Part shown: piece by piece, positions 1 through 10,172 of the stretch
Layout of the letters: each line of letters opens with the position of its first letter
Numbering within the stretch: position 1 is the first letter of the stretch
NCBI GenBank assembly: GCA_963823225.1
Contig: CAWGKM010000003.1
Span: 1,584,274 to 1,648,273 of the forward strand
Length of the DNA: 64,000 nt
Reading direction: 5' to 3'
Source: an uncultured Alphaproteobacteria bacterium
GTDB taxonomy: Bacteria > Pseudomonadota > Alphaproteobacteria > Rhizobiales > Xanthobacteraceae
Translations under genes and position numbers: made by a program
Notes under the pieces: generated by a model
Told to the model about the DNA's origin: nothing
The model's database searches: none
The model's input: only the letters and a program-made list of their open reading frames with translations

Positions 1-947
1 CGCTGATGCTCACGGCCTACGCGATGGCCATATCGAGCACATTATGCGGCGGCGTTCTGGTGGAGAACGGCCAGCGATTGAACGAGAGCGGCACGTTCGT
101 CAACCAGCAATGGCTCTGGTACAACATCGCCGCCATGACGGCCGCACTTCTCGGCGGCCAACTGGTGCAGCACCTTGATCCCGCTTCGGCCTTGCATGTC
201 GCCGCCGACATCGTTGGGCTCACGCCGCTCGCCGTCATCGTCGGGGCCTTGTTTCTGATCCCCGAGAAGAAAACGACCGTCAACGTGCAGGGTATGAAGG
301 ACACTTTCCGCGGTCTGGCGAAAGCTTTCGAAAAACGGCAATTGTGGATCGTCGCGCTGTTTATCTTTCTCTACTATTTCAGCCCCGGCCTGAGCACGCC
401 GCTCTACTTTCACATGACCGACGATTTAAAATTCTCGCAAGCCTATATCGGCGTATTGTCATCGATCGGGTCGGCCGGCTGGGTGGTCGGCGCGCTTTTA
501 TACCGCAAGTTCTTCAACCGCCTGACCTTGAAGAACCTCCTCAATCTCAGCATCGCGCTCGGCACGGTGACGACGATGGCGTTCCTGTTTTTTTGGAACG
601 AGCCGGCCGCGGCGGTTATCGGCTTCTGCGCCGGATTCTCGGCCATGCTCGCGACCGTGGCGACGCTGACGCTGGCCGCCGACTACTGTCCGCCGCGCGC
701 GGAAGGGTTTTCCTTCGCCGTGCTGATGTCGATCATCAATCTCGCGACCACGCTGGCCGACAATATCGGATCGTTTCTGTACGCCCACGTTTTCCACAGC
801 ACGCTGCCGCCGCTGGTCTTGATTTCGGCGGCCTTTACCGCCTTTGCTTTCGTGCTGGTGCCGTTGCTTCGCCTCGGCGACAAGCGGCAGGGCGAGCCGG
901 TGGCGATGCAAGAGGCGATGGAACCGTCCGGCCCCGCTGCGCGTTGA
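1..947 (+). CDS. MFS-type membrane transporter (BT1/folate-biopterin-like), 5'-partial at window edge
   Basis: Frame is open from the window start. The translation is a run of hydrophobic helices typical of the C-terminal half of an MFS transporter, with high GC3. Confidence 0.6.
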   Translation, partial: LMLTAYAMAISSTLCGGVLVENGQRLNESGTFVNQQWLWYNIAAMTAALLGGQLVQHLDPASALHVAADIVGLTPLAVIVGALFLIPEKKTTVNVQGMKDTFRGLAKAFEKRQLWIVALFIFLYYFSPGLSTPLYFHMTDDLKFSQAYIGVLSSIGSAGWVVGALLYRKFFNRLTLKNLLNLSIALGTVTTMAFLFFWNEPAAAVIGFCAGFSAMLATVATLTLAADYCPPRAEGFSFAVLMSIINLATTLADNIGSFLYAHVFHSTLPPLVLISAAFTAFAFVLVPLLRLGDKRQGEPVAMQEAMEPSGPAAR

Positions 948-977
948 CGCTAGCTCAATATTCAAAGGTGGCTGATC

Positions 978-1994
978 ATGCGAAAGATCGGCGCTTGTCT
1001 CGCGATTGCCGCGCTTTGCCTGGCTATGCTTGCTCCAGCGCCGGCCGCGGCGTTCGGCCTGCGCATCGGACCGTTCCACATCGGCGTGCCGTTTTTCTGG
1101 CATCGGTACCGCCATGATCACCCGCTCTACATGCGGGCAAACCCGAATGAGCTCGCGACCCCCGAATCGGCGCAAGGCGTGACCTCGGCGCTGCTCTATC
1201 CGAACCTCGCTTTGCCGGCCATTTTCCAAAACGTCTTGTTCCCGGCCGCCGCGCCGTCTTGGCCGTTCAGCTATGAGGCGATTTTCTCGACGGCTTTCGC
1301 CAAAGCACCGGCGCACCACGATCGGCGGCTGTGCCAACCGTCCGTCGATGCCGACGCGATCGTCGGGCGGATTCGCGACGAGGTCGCGCCGACTGCGGAC
1401 CAGATGCAATCTTTGCAGAAACTCGGCGGCGCGCTCGGCGCGGCGTCCGGCTTCCTGGCCAAAGCCTGCCCGAGCGAGATCCCGGCACAGCCTGTCGCTC
1501 GCTTGCAGCTCATGGAATCGCAAATCGAGGAGCTGGCCATGGCGATCGACATCGTTCACCAGCCGCTGCAGGATTTCGAGCAATCGCTGAACGACGAACA
1601 ACAGGCAAAGTTTGCAGCCGTTGCGGCCACATCGACTGCCGCCGGCCAGGACAAACAGTCGGACGCGCTCGCCCAGGCTTGCAGCGCATCGCCGACGGCG
1701 ATCGATTGGTCGATCGACCGGATCGACAGATCGGTGCAACCGACCGCCGCGCAGCGGCCGGCATTGGCCGACGTCAAGGAAGCCTTCGGCAAGGCGGTGA
1801 GCGATCTGCAAGCGCATTGTCCGAGCTCGATGCCGCCGACCGCGGTCGGACGTTTGGAAAGCATCGAGTCTCGGCTCGATGCGACATGGCGCTCCGAATT
1901 GGCTATCCAGGTGGCGCTGGCGAATTTCGAAACCAAATTGAGCGACGCGCAGAAGAAAAGCTTCGACAATCTGAATTTCGCCGCGGCACGGTAA
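978..1994 (+). CDS. Periplasmic LTXXQ-motif (Spy/CpxP-like) family protein
   Basis: N-terminal signal peptide (MRKIGACLAIAALCLAMLAPAPAAA). Repeated xTxxQ/LxxxQ motifs (LNDEQQAKF, LSDAQKKSF, PTAAQRPAL). Confidence 0.55.
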   Translation: MRKIGACLAIAALCLAMLAPAPAAAFGLRIGPFHIGVPFFWHRYRHDHPLYMRANPNELATPESAQGVTSALLYPNLALPAIFQNVLFPAAAPSWPFSYEAIFSTAFAKAPAHHDRRLCQPSVDADAIVGRIRDEVAPTADQMQSLQKLGGALGAASGFLAKACPSEIPAQPVARLQLMESQIEELAMAIDIVHQPLQDFEQSLNDEQQAKFAAVAATSTAAGQDKQSDALAQACSASPTAIDWSIDRIDRSVQPTAAQRPALADVKEAFGKAVSDLQAHCPSSMPPTAVGRLESIESRLDATWRSELAIQVALANFETKLSDAQKKSFDNLNFAAAR

Positions 1995-2021
1995 TCACGC
2001 CCGCACCGGCAGTTTCCAGAG

Positions 2022-2143
2022 CGGGATGACTTTTCTTCGATTCGTCATCCCACTTTATCTAATCGTTCGAGCATGTCCTTTCGCAAACCCGTTCCCATCG
2101 TCAGATCAAGTCGCGGAACAGGCTCTTTCTGGATATGCTCTAA
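2022..2143 (+). repeat. About 120-bp palindromic intergenic repeat, copy A (family also at 27797-27921 and 43875-43992)
   Basis: Aligns by eye to 27797-27921 (cgggatgacttttcttc..gtcatcc..gagcatgtc..gatcaagtc..atgctcta). Has nested inverted repeats GGGATGAC/GTCATCCC and GAGCAT.TCC/GGA.ATGCTC. Confidence 0.75.
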
Positions 2144-3570
2144 GGCGCGCGATTTTGCGCGTTCCAATTGCGCTCCAGATTGGCGATCAGCGCCGGGCTG
2201 AAATGACAGTATGCCTGCTCGCGCGCGTAGACCGCCATGTAGCGGCGGAACGTATCGAGCGGCTCCTGCCCGACGCGAATGGCGCGGCGATTGCCGGCGG
2301 CGCTGACGACGCCGGAACCGGTGAAGCCGTCAACGACCCGATCCAATGCGGCATCGATTGACCCGGGCGGCGCCACTTCATCGCAAATCAGGCGGCCTTC
2401 CGGCGTATCGCAGTCGAGACGGCGGCCGTAGAGAATCGCCTGGCGCGCGATGCGGTCGCCGGTGAAGCGCCACAGCCGCAAATTCGCCGCGCCGGGGATA
2501 ATCCCTTCCTTGCGCGCCGGCAGCGTCATATAGGCGTCGCTCGCCGCCAGCACATAATCGAGCGCGAGCAGAAGCTGGCAGCCGCCGCCGATAGCGAAGC
2601 CGTCGACGACCCCGATCCAAGGTTTCTCGATCGTGCCGCCGTAAATTTCGTCGGGGTTTTCACCCGGCCGCGCCAGGCCGCGGAACAATTTATTGACGAG
2701 CCCCATGTCGCGTTTGACGTACCAGACGTAGGAAATCTTGCCGCGATAAAGATGCGTCAGGTTGATGCCGGCCGAAAACAGCCGGCGGCCGCGATATTTT
2801 GCGTGCGCGACCGTGTCGCCGCGCAGAATTGCGATGTCGGATTCGGCGTCGAGCGTGGCAACGTCGACCGCGATTTCGAGACCGTCGAGCGTCGTTTCGT
2901 CCTCGGCATTGAGAAAGCGCGGATTGCGCATGGTGACCAGCGCCGCCTTGCCGCGGCGCTCGAGCGTCGCGCCCGCAAGCGCGAGTTTGCCGCGCTCGGA
3001 GAAGCGGCGGCTTTGTTCGAGCGCCTCCGGCCGCGGCAGCAGCATGGCGTGGCACAGATGCGCACCGCACGCTGCATCGGCCAGAACGTGCGCGAGAAAC
3101 AGGCCCTGATCGATCTCGACGCCGTCTTTGTCGCGTTGCGGCAGGGCGTTCTCGCGGTCAAGCGCGCGATCGTCCGGCACCAAGCCGGGCACCGCCGCGG
3201 CGGCATCGCGGACCAGCCGCTCGACGCGCGTGAATTTCGCAAGATTATCGGTCAGGCGGCGATAAATCGCCTCGACATAGGCGGTCAGAAATTTTTCACG
3301 CGCCGCGCGGTCGCGCTCAACGATCGCCGCGGCGGCCGCAGCCTGCGCGGCCGAACGCGACGGTTTTGCCGGCAGCCGCGCGATCAGCCGGGCTCCGATC
3401 CGCCATTGCCGGGAAAAATTCTCCGCATCGCGGCGAAAATCGCCGGCGATCGCGCCGTCGCAATCAAGCCAGGCGGCAAGGTCGTCGCGCGGCAGGCCAG
3501 TGCGGCCGAACGCCGGCGTCGAAGCTTTCTCCGCCAGGAGCGAACGCGCGCGCGCATGTTGCTTCGGCAT
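2140..3570 (-). CDS. Crotonase-fold (enoyl-CoA hydratase/isomerase family) protein with a long N-terminal extension, DpgC-like
   Basis: 476-aa ORF. The C-terminal half has the crotonase signature region (FSAGINL...VDGFAIGGGCQLLLALDYVLA). The ~200-aa helical N-terminal domain resembles DpgC-type dioxygenases. Confidence 0.6.
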   Translation of the reverse strand: MPKQHARARSLLAEKASTPAFGRTGLPRDDLAAWLDCDGAIAGDFRRDAENFSRQWRIGARLIARLPAKPSRSAAQAAAAAAIVERDRAAREKFLTAYVEAIYRRLTDNLAKFTRVERLVRDAAAAVPGLVPDDRALDRENALPQRDKDGVEIDQGLFLAHVLADAACGAHLCHAMLLPRPEALEQSRRFSERGKLALAGATLERRGKAALVTMRNPRFLNAEDETTLDGLEIAVDVATLDAESDIAILRGDTVAHAKYRGRRLFSAGINLTHLYRGKISYVWYVKRDMGLVNKLFRGLARPGENPDEIYGGTIEKPWIGVVDGFAIGGGCQLLLALDYVLAASDAYMTLPARKEGIIPGAANLRLWRFTGDRIARQAILYGRRLDCDTPEGRLICDEVAPPGSIDAALDRVVDGFTGSGVVSAAGNRRAIRVGQEPLDTFRRYMAVYAREQAYCHFSPALIANLERNWNAQNRAP

Positions 3571-3669
3571 GGCATTTCCTCGGTGCGGCCAAGCCCACTT
3601 TAGGGCGCGCCGGAATCGCCCGCAATTCGACTGTGCCCAATGCCGCTACCGCGAAAGAGAACCGCTATT

Positions 3670-4443
3670 TCATTGCGCAACGAGGAGTTCAGGCCGAAAT
3701 TCGAAGTGCATCGTATCGAAGTGATACCACTTGCCACCCCAGATGAAGCCGTGTTTTTCGAAGATCGCGACGATCTCCTCGGGCATGCGGTTGCGATAAA
3801 CGATATGGCCATCATGCGGCCGCCAATACCAATAATCCGAAAATGCAGTATTGAGATCGATCGCGATACCGTAACTGTGCGGGCTCGGCTGGCCGGTGTC
3901 CGCCACCGCCCGGCAATCGTAAGTGCCGGCGATCGGGTAGGCGGCGTGTTTGATTTTTGCAGGCAACGCGTCGATCTCCGCCGATACGGCGCGCAAATGC
4001 CCATCGACGCCGTTCACGGAAGTGATGCGGATAGTTTTGCCCCAACTCCCGGGCAGCCAGGCGAGCGAAACAAGGCGCGGCGATACCTCACCCATTCGGC
4101 AGTCGCCGTACATCTTGGCGAAGAAGGCGGTATTGCGGAACCGGCCCGGATCGGCGTCCACGGCCGGCGGCTTTTCCAGCGGGCCGCGCGGATAGGGGAT
4201 GCGAAACTGATCGACGATGGAAGCGTGCCGGATGAGCTGCGGGAATGTCTTGCTCTCGGCGCCGTCGGACGCCGGCATGACCGTGCCGTCGCGCCAACGC
4301 AGCACTTTGCCGTCATGCCCCGCGAGCGCGTGCGGGTAGGCCGCCACCAGCCGGTCGAGCGCCAGACCGACCGCATCATCCTGCGCGAGAAGACCGGTCC
4401 CGCCCGCGAGCATTGCCAATCCGACGACAACGCAAACCTTCAT
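3670..4443 (-). CDS. M15-family metallopeptidase (D-Ala-D-Ala carboxypeptidase-like), secreted
   Basis: Signal peptide starts at MKVCVVVGLAMLAGG. Contains SPHSYGIAIDLN and FIWGGKW..FDTMHFEF motifs typical of VanY/M15 peptidases. Confidence 0.65.
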   Translation of the reverse strand: MKVCVVVGLAMLAGGTGLLAQDDAVGLALDRLVAAYPHALAGHDGKVLRWRDGTVMPASDGAESKTFPQLIRHASIVDQFRIPYPRGPLEKPPAVDADPGRFRNTAFFAKMYGDCRMGEVSPRLVSLAWLPGSWGKTIRITSVNGVDGHLRAVSAEIDALPAKIKHAAYPIAGTYDCRAVADTGQPSPHSYGIAIDLNTAFSDYWYWRPHDGHIVYRNRMPEEIVAIFEKHGFIWGGKWYHFDTMHFEFRPELLVAQ

Positions 4444-4507
4444 CGCAATCCGGTTGCCGGCGCCGCCTCCCCTGCTCCGCGAATACCGCCGCGGCATGCG
4501 CCGACCG

Positions 4508-6394
4508 CTAAGCGCCCGACGGCGTCGGCCAGTGCCGCTCGCGGAACCACGGGCGGTATTCCGTCATCTTCGCGCGCTGCGCCGCCGGCGCATGCCGCTT
4601 GCACGTCGACGCTTCGTCGCTGCCGGCCGGCGCGCCCCAGCGCAGCTCGACGCAGTCATTCGGGTTGTACGCCATCTCGAGATCCGCCGCGCGGTCGATC
4701 ACGTCTTTGAGCGAGAGCGTCCACGCGGAGCCGTCGCTGCGCGTATAGGTGAATTTGCGCGTCGCGAGATCCGAGGCGAGCGCGCCCTGCAATTCGGCCT
4801 TCACGTCCGCCACGTTCTTGCCTTGCGGTATCGCGTAGCGCTCGGCCCGCCGCGCGACGTGGTCCGGAAAGCCGCGCACCACATCGATGGCGATCAACAG
4901 ACGAAAATCGCGCGCCGGCGTCGAGAAATCTTCCCACGCGCCGGTCGTCTCGAAGATCGCCGCGCCGCCCGGCATATTGGCGTCGCCGCGGGACTCGTTC
5001 TGAAACTTTCGCCCGTTTTCGACCGCCGTGACGCGCGTCTTCACTTGCTCGTCGAGCGAGGTGATCGCGTCTTCCATCGCGCGCGAAGGATCGAGCGGCT
5101 GGGGCGACATCACGTCATCCATCCGGTCGTAGAACTGTTCGGCGCTGAGCTGCGACTGATCGAGCGAAAAATCGTCGTAGTCCGGGTCTTTCGCGATCTC
5201 GGCGTTGGTCAATCGCCGCAAGGCGCCGTTTCCCTCGCGCACGATCGGCCGGAAGCGCTTGAAGCCGGGACTGCCGAGCGCGGGATCGTGCACGAACAGG
5301 AAGTTGCCGCGCCAAAAACGCTTGCGCGTAACCGACCCGTCGGGCTCGGCGTCGACGGCGAGGAAGACACCGGCCGACCCGCCGGACTGCGGCACGCGCC
5401 GCACCAGCATCATGACGTGCCCGTAGGGATCGGCATAGACGGTGCCCGGGCGCAGCGTCTGTTGCGTCAACGGTACGGTATAAAAATCGGTGTTGTCGTC
5501 GGTCGCCAGCACCCGCACAGCGCCTGACTGCACCGCGTCGCCGACGACCCGCAAATAATCGCCGTACGAAGCTCCGACCTTCTGCGCCGCATCGGGATGG
5601 AGATTGCTGTACCACCCGTAGCACTTGGGCGGCTTGCCGGCGTCGCCGCGCGAGCACTTCGAATATCCGAACGGCAGCCCCAGCTTGAACGCGAAATAGG
5701 CGCGCAGGAAATACACCATATCGGCGCAGTCGGGGTGAAGGGCCATCGCCACTTCGTCTTCGCCGCGGCCCAAATAATCGAACAGCATGTTGCGCGATCG
5801 ATCGCGCAGCACGTCATGCAATGTCGGCCATGACAGCTCCGTGTCGGGCGGCGCGTCGAACAGTTTTTCGATCCATGCCGAATACAAATTTTCCGTCGCG
5901 CGGTTCCAGATATTGCGCACGGGCCAGACGTTTGCCGGCGTCGCGGGTGGTGGCGGCGGCGGCTCGTCGCGCACCGCAATTTCGCGCGTGATCGTGCTGC
6001 AGCCGGCCGGCGCCAGCGTCGCGCGCCAGGTCCCCGCGGCCGGCGAGGCGACCTCGGCGAACCAGAAATACGGCGGCCCGCCTTGGCGGTCGCGCGATTT
6101 GGCCGCGACGCTTCCATCGGGCGCGATCAGGGAAAGCTCGCCCTCGAGCGGCTTCTCCGCGGCGAAGATGACGCGCAACGGCGCGCCTTTCCACGGCGCG
6201 ATCGGCGCGGGCAACACCCCGAGTTCGGCCGCGTCCGCGCAGAGGCTGGATGAACTTTCGGCCCGTGCGTCCGCGGCTGCGAAAAGGACGACAAAAAACG
6301 CCGCCGCGATCGGCAGCAATGCCGTCACGGCAGCGGCAAACCGGCGCGCTAGAAACAATCGAGCCCCCTTTCCCGGAGCGCCCTCGACCTGCAT
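4508..6394 (-). CDS. Large secreted/membrane-anchored hypothetical protein
   Basis: Uninterrupted 663-codon ORF with high GC3. Probable start is MQVEG ahead of a hydrophobic segment (LLPIAAAFFVVLFAAA). No family recognised. Confidence 0.55.
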   Translation of the reverse strand: MQVEGAPGKGARLFLARRFAAAVTALLPIAAAFFVVLFAAADARAESSSSLCADAAELGVLPAPIAPWKGAPLRVIFAAEKPLEGELSLIAPDGSVAAKSRDRQGGPPYFWFAEVASPAAGTWRATLAPAGCSTITREIAVRDEPPPPPPATPANVWPVRNIWNRATENLYSAWIEKLFDAPPDTELSWPTLHDVLRDRSRNMLFDYLGRGEDEVAMALHPDCADMVYFLRAYFAFKLGLPFGYSKCSRGDAGKPPKCYGWYSNLHPDAAQKVGASYGDYLRVVGDAVQSGAVRVLATDDNTDFYTVPLTQQTLRPGTVYADPYGHVMMLVRRVPQSGGSAGVFLAVDAEPDGSVTRKRFWRGNFLFVHDPALGSPGFKRFRPIVREGNGALRRLTNAEIAKDPDYDDFSLDQSQLSAEQFYDRMDDVMSPQPLDPSRAMEDAITSLDEQVKTRVTAVENGRKFQNESRGDANMPGGAAIFETTGAWEDFSTPARDFRLLIAIDVVRGFPDHVARRAERYAIPQGKNVADVKAELQGALASDLATRKFTYTRSDGSAWTLSLKDVIDRAADLEMAYNPNDCVELRWGAPAGSDEASTCKRHAPAAQRAKMTEYRPWFRERHWPTPSGA

Positions 6395-6514
6395 TTGGTT
6401 CCCGCAGCCGGGGCCGGATTGCAAGATACCGAATTGGCGGGGATCATTCAGCGTGAATGATGGCGATTTTGCAACCGGCCGGTCGCTCGCCAAGGCCATG
6501 AGCCTGGGCGCCGG

Positions 6515-7492
6515 TCAGCCGATATCGAGCACGATATTGCCGATCACTTCGCCGCGCTCGCTGAGCTCATGGGCCGCGGCGATGTCGCGCAACGGCAAGC
6601 GCCGTCCGACGGTATGCACGAGCCGGTTGCTCCGAAGCAGCGCGCCAAGCTCGGCGAGGCAGGCATCGCGATCGGCGGCACTGAGATCGTAAACAAGAAA
6701 AAGACGAAGCGTGATCGAGTTGCGCATCAGCCAGAGCGTGGGCAGCGTTGCCTCGCTTGACGACATGCCGTAGACGACCACGGTGGCGTGCGGCCGCAAA
6801 ATATTCGGATAGTCCTTGCCGTTCGTTGTGAGGTCGAGCTCGATCAGCGCATCGACGCCGCGCCCGTCGGTCAGCACCTTGACGCGCTCGCCGACATTTT
6901 CGTTCCGGTAGTTGATCACTTCGTCCGCGCCGGCCTTGCGCGCATGCGCCGCCTTCTCAGGCCCACTCACGGTGGTGATCACCCGGGCGCCGCGCAGCTT
7001 TGCAAGCTGGATCGCGTAGTGCGCGACGGAACCGGCGCCGCCGACAACCATCACGGTCGAGGCCGGGCTGAGATCGGCAAGGCGAACCGCCTGAAGCGCG
7101 GTGAGCGCCGGAATACCGAAGCAGGCGCCTTCGGCGTAGCCGATGCTCGCCGGCAGCGGCGCCGCTTGCGCCGAGGGTAGCGCGATATATTCGGCGGCGG
7201 TGCCGTGCGGCCGCCGCCATTGTCCGTTCCAGATCCACACCCGCTCGCCGACCCGGTTGGCAACCCCCGCACCGACCTTGTCGATGTCGCCCGCGCCGTC
7301 GCTGTGGGGAATGACGAGCGGCGCCGACATTGCCGCGCCGCGGCCGCCGCGCGATTTCCAGTCGGACGGATTAGCGCCCGAGGTTTTGAGGCGCACGCGC
7401 ACCTCGCCCGGTCCGGGTTCGGGCGTCGGCTGCTCGCCGATTTGCAGCACTTCGCGCGCGGGTCCCTGCTTGACGTAAAATGCGGCCTGCAT
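6515..7492 (-). CDS. NADPH:quinone reductase / zinc-type alcohol dehydrogenase superfamily oxidoreductase
   Basis: 325 aa of the MDR family, with GEVRVRLKTSGANPSDW and the Rossmann motif VVGGAGSVAHYAIQLAK. Confidence 0.8.
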   Translation of the reverse strand: MQAAFYVKQGPAREVLQIGEQPTPEPGPGEVRVRLKTSGANPSDWKSRGGRGAAMSAPLVIPHSDGAGDIDKVGAGVANRVGERVWIWNGQWRRPHGTAAEYIALPSAQAAPLPASIGYAEGACFGIPALTALQAVRLADLSPASTVMVVGGAGSVAHYAIQLAKLRGARVITTVSGPEKAAHARKAGADEVINYRNENVGERVKVLTDGRGVDALIELDLTTNGKDYPNILRPHATVVVYGMSSSEATLPTLWLMRNSITLRLFLVYDLSAADRDACLAELGALLRSNRLVHTVGRRLPLRDIAAAHELSERGEVIGNIVLDIG

Positions 7493-7657
7493 CCGACCCC
7501 TCCTGGTGACTTTTGCGGCCCGGCCCGATCGGCGCGGGCATCACCGCGAACTTACAAATATTCAGGGTCAAGTTCGCGTCGGCTTTGCACCGCAAAGCAG
7601 ACATCCCTCGCCGCCTTTGGATCAAAAGCGGATATCGACCTCGCGGCAGCTATGCCT

Positions 7658-8110
7658 CTATTTTTTCCCGGCAAGCATCTGGTCGATGCTCAAGCGGCCT
7701 CCGCCGGTTACGAACAACACGACCAGGCCGCCCGCGATGGCAATGTCTTTGGTGAGGAAGATGTATTGTACTAGTTGTGCGGCCTCCGGATACCCCCAAT
7801 AGCGATGGGCGGTCCCCGCCGCGATAATGACGAAGAGCAGTGCGAGCAAGGCTCCATAGCGCGTACCGATCCCCAGCACGAGCGACACGACGATGATCCA
7901 CTCGATTATTCTGGCGAGCGGACTCATAAATTCGGGATAGATATAATTGATAGACGTCAGGTAAGCGACAGTCGGAGAGGCGAACCACACCGTCATCAAG
8001 AATACGGCGGCAATCAAAATACGCCCCACGAGGAGCAACGGATCGGCCAGGCTATTCGCGACGCCGTCAGTACAGGACAAGAGCGGATGTGAAGATCGTG
8101 TGGCAGCCAT
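7658..8110 (-). CDS. DoxX-family membrane protein
   Basis: 150 aa with four hydrophobic helices. LVGRILIAAVFL and the YWG motif region are typical of DoxX. Confidence 0.65.
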   Translation of the reverse strand: MAATRSSHPLLSCTDGVANSLADPLLLVGRILIAAVFLMTVWFASPTVAYLTSINYIYPEFMSPLARIIEWIIVVSLVLGIGTRYGALLALLFVIIAAGTAHRYWGYPEAAQLVQYIFLTKDIAIAGGLVVLFVTGGGRLSIDQMLAGKK

Positions 8111-8398
8111 TGTCGTTTCCCCCGTTGCTTAATCTATTTCGAGAAATTATAGCGGCCAATCGGCCCCCAGCAACAGCGTATTTTGGAAAAACCGGATGCG
8201 GATGGAAAACCCGCTGGCAGGATTCACTCCGGTACGTCCGCGGTGCGCGCCCGCCAAGGGCCGCATGCCCCAAGGGATTGCGAACGCGCGTCGCTCTGGC
8301 GCTTGACTCGCGCATGTCCCGGCTATCAATACGCCGTGAATCAAACGCGAAATTTGGGGTGCCCAGCCGGTGCCCGGAAAATGCTAAGTGATTGAAAA

Positions 8399-8473
8399 GC
8401 CGGGTTAGCTCAGCGGTAGAGCAGCGGTTTTGTAAACCGTTGGTCGGGAGTTCAATTCTCTCACCCGGCACCA
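8399..8473 (+). tRNA. tRNA-Thr (anticodon UGU)
   Basis: 75-nt cloverleaf. Acceptor GCCGGGT/ACCCGGC, anticodon stem GCGGT/ACCGT with loop TTTGTAA, T arm GGGAG-TTCAATT-CTCTC, encoded CCA. Confidence 0.9.
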
Positions 8474-8507
8474 CTTCATCGGCGATCCCAATTACGGCGC
8501 CGTCTGC

Positions 8508-8714
8508 TTACAGGGTCGATTGTTGGGCACCGCATTCCTTGCAGGTATAGGCGACGCGGGTCTGCCCCGGCGCCGCCGAGACGCGGTTCGGCGCGCCGCA
8601 TTTGCCGCATTTGGCTTCGATGCGGGTATTGCCCTGCTTGATGGTGACGGTCTTGCGCTCCAATGCCTCTTTCACGAGACGTTCGGTTTCGTCGCGCATC
8701 TGTTGTTTCGACAT
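8508..8714 (-). CDS. Small zinc-ribbon protein (two CxxC pairs)
   Basis: Start at MSKQQMRDE. Carries CGKCG...CKECG motifs. About 68 aa. Confidence 0.5.
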   Translation of the reverse strand: MSKQQMRDETERLVKEALERKTVTIKQGNTRIEAKCGKCGAPNRVSAAPGQTRVAYTCKECGAQQSTL

Positions 8715-8872
8715 TCGGGCTGTTCCGCTTGTTGACCGGCCGGTCCTACATGCGATTGCGAACCGCCGCAACGAATGTTTGCAAGCCGAGCGAAAGCGGC
8801 CCGAAACCCGGCTCGCGAGGCGGCGCTGCTTGGGGTATCGTCCAAGGGGGCGACCGCTTAGGGAGGCGATCG

Positions 8873-9842
8873 ATGTCGCACCTTAAATCGACGCAATCTG
8901 CTTGCCGGCACCGCCGCAGCCGCGCTCGCCGCAACTGCCGATCCGGCCGCGGCCGTCGCGCCGCCGGCCGACAAAGCGACGCCCGGCATCTACCGCTACA
9001 GGATCGGCAGCTTCGAGCTGACCGCGCTCTATGACGGCATCTGGTACCGGCCGATCACCGACAAATTCATCAGGAACGCGCCGTTTACCGAGGTCGAGCA
9101 CGCGCTCGATGCCGCCTTCATGCCGCACGATAAGCTCGCGACGCCGTTCACGGCGCTCGTCGTCAATACCGGGGGCAAGCTCGTGCTGATCGATACTGGC
9201 ACCGGCGGCCAGATCGCGCCGTCGGCCGGGGTGCTGCGCGATAATCTCGTCGCCGCCGGCCTCGATCCGAATGCGGTCGACCGCATCGTCATCTCGCATT
9301 TCCATCCCGACCACATCAACGGCATCAAGGACAAGGACAACGGCCTGATCTTCCCCAATGCCGAGATCATGGTGCCGGCGCCGGAATGGGCGTTTTGGAT
9401 GGACGACGCCAATATGAATGCCGCGCCCGCGGATCTGAAACCGACCTTCCTCAACCAGCGGCGCATTTTTTCCGATATCGCCAAGAACGTCACGCGCTAC
9501 GAACCGGGCAAGGAAGTCGCGCCCGGCATCGTCACGCTGCCGGCGCCGGGCCACACCCCGGGCCATACCGTTTTTGCCATTCATTCCGGCAGTCAGTCGC
9601 TCTTGGTGTTGAGCGACACCGCGCAGCATCCCGCCGTGTTCGCGCGCCATCCCGACTGGCAGGCGGCTTTCGACGTCGACGGCGCCGTAGCGGTGGCGAC
9701 GCGCAAGAAAATCTTCGATCGCGCCGCCGCCGACCGCATGCTGGTCACCGGCTACCACTTCCCGTTCCCGGCCTGCGGCCATTTGATCAAGACCGCGAGC
9801 GGCTACGAGCACGTTCCGATCGAGTGGCAGACGACGTTGTGA
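8873..9842 (+). pseudogene. Tat-exported MBL-fold metallo-hydrolase with an apparent 1-nt frameshift right after the start codon
   Basis: GGGAGG-N6-ATG at 8873. The Tat signal (LNRRNLLAGTAAAALA) and the HFHPDH MBL motif lie in the frame of the 9120 ORF, open from 8862. That frame has no ATG/GTG/TTG before 9120. Confidence 0.7.
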
Positions 9843-10172
9843 TCCGTCATCCTGGGGCGCGACCCCCAACTCGATCGGGGGGAGCCTCGAAGTCCGGCTT
9901 GCGGATGGGGCGGCGGTCTGCCGCCGGACACCCGCAAGCCGGTGCGTGCGACCCGGGCCTCGGTTCGCACCATTGTTAGGTGCATATTCCAGGTCGCAGG
10001 CATTTCTTCGTCGGACGGAGATCTACGCCGCGCGTCCTGAACGCGCCCTGAAGTGCCGCGACGGCAATCGTTCACCTACGTGAAATTCCGGTAATGCCGG
10101 GAAGCTGCAGGCCGGGATGAACTGCTATAATGCCGGTGTTTATTTCGCAGCAGTCCGAACCGGGAGGAGGTC

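Noticed and set aside
498-1817. Long alternative-frame and antisense ORFs, for example 498..1817(-), 20940..21932(-), 22329..23378(-), 36974..37933(-), 42063..43124(-), 42721..43971(-), 47996..49051(-), 59535..61199(+) and 8883..9869(-).
   Set aside because: They have Arg/Ala/Gly/Pro-rich low-complexity translations and overlap well-supported genes in another frame or strand. These are typical shadow ORFs of high-GC DNA.
8399-8473. First reading of the anticodon loop suggested GUA (Tyr).
   Set aside because: That pairing leaves a 5-nt loop. The only 5-bp stem with a 7-nt loop gives UGU (Thr). The 75-nt length with a short variable arm also excludes a bacterial tRNA-Tyr.
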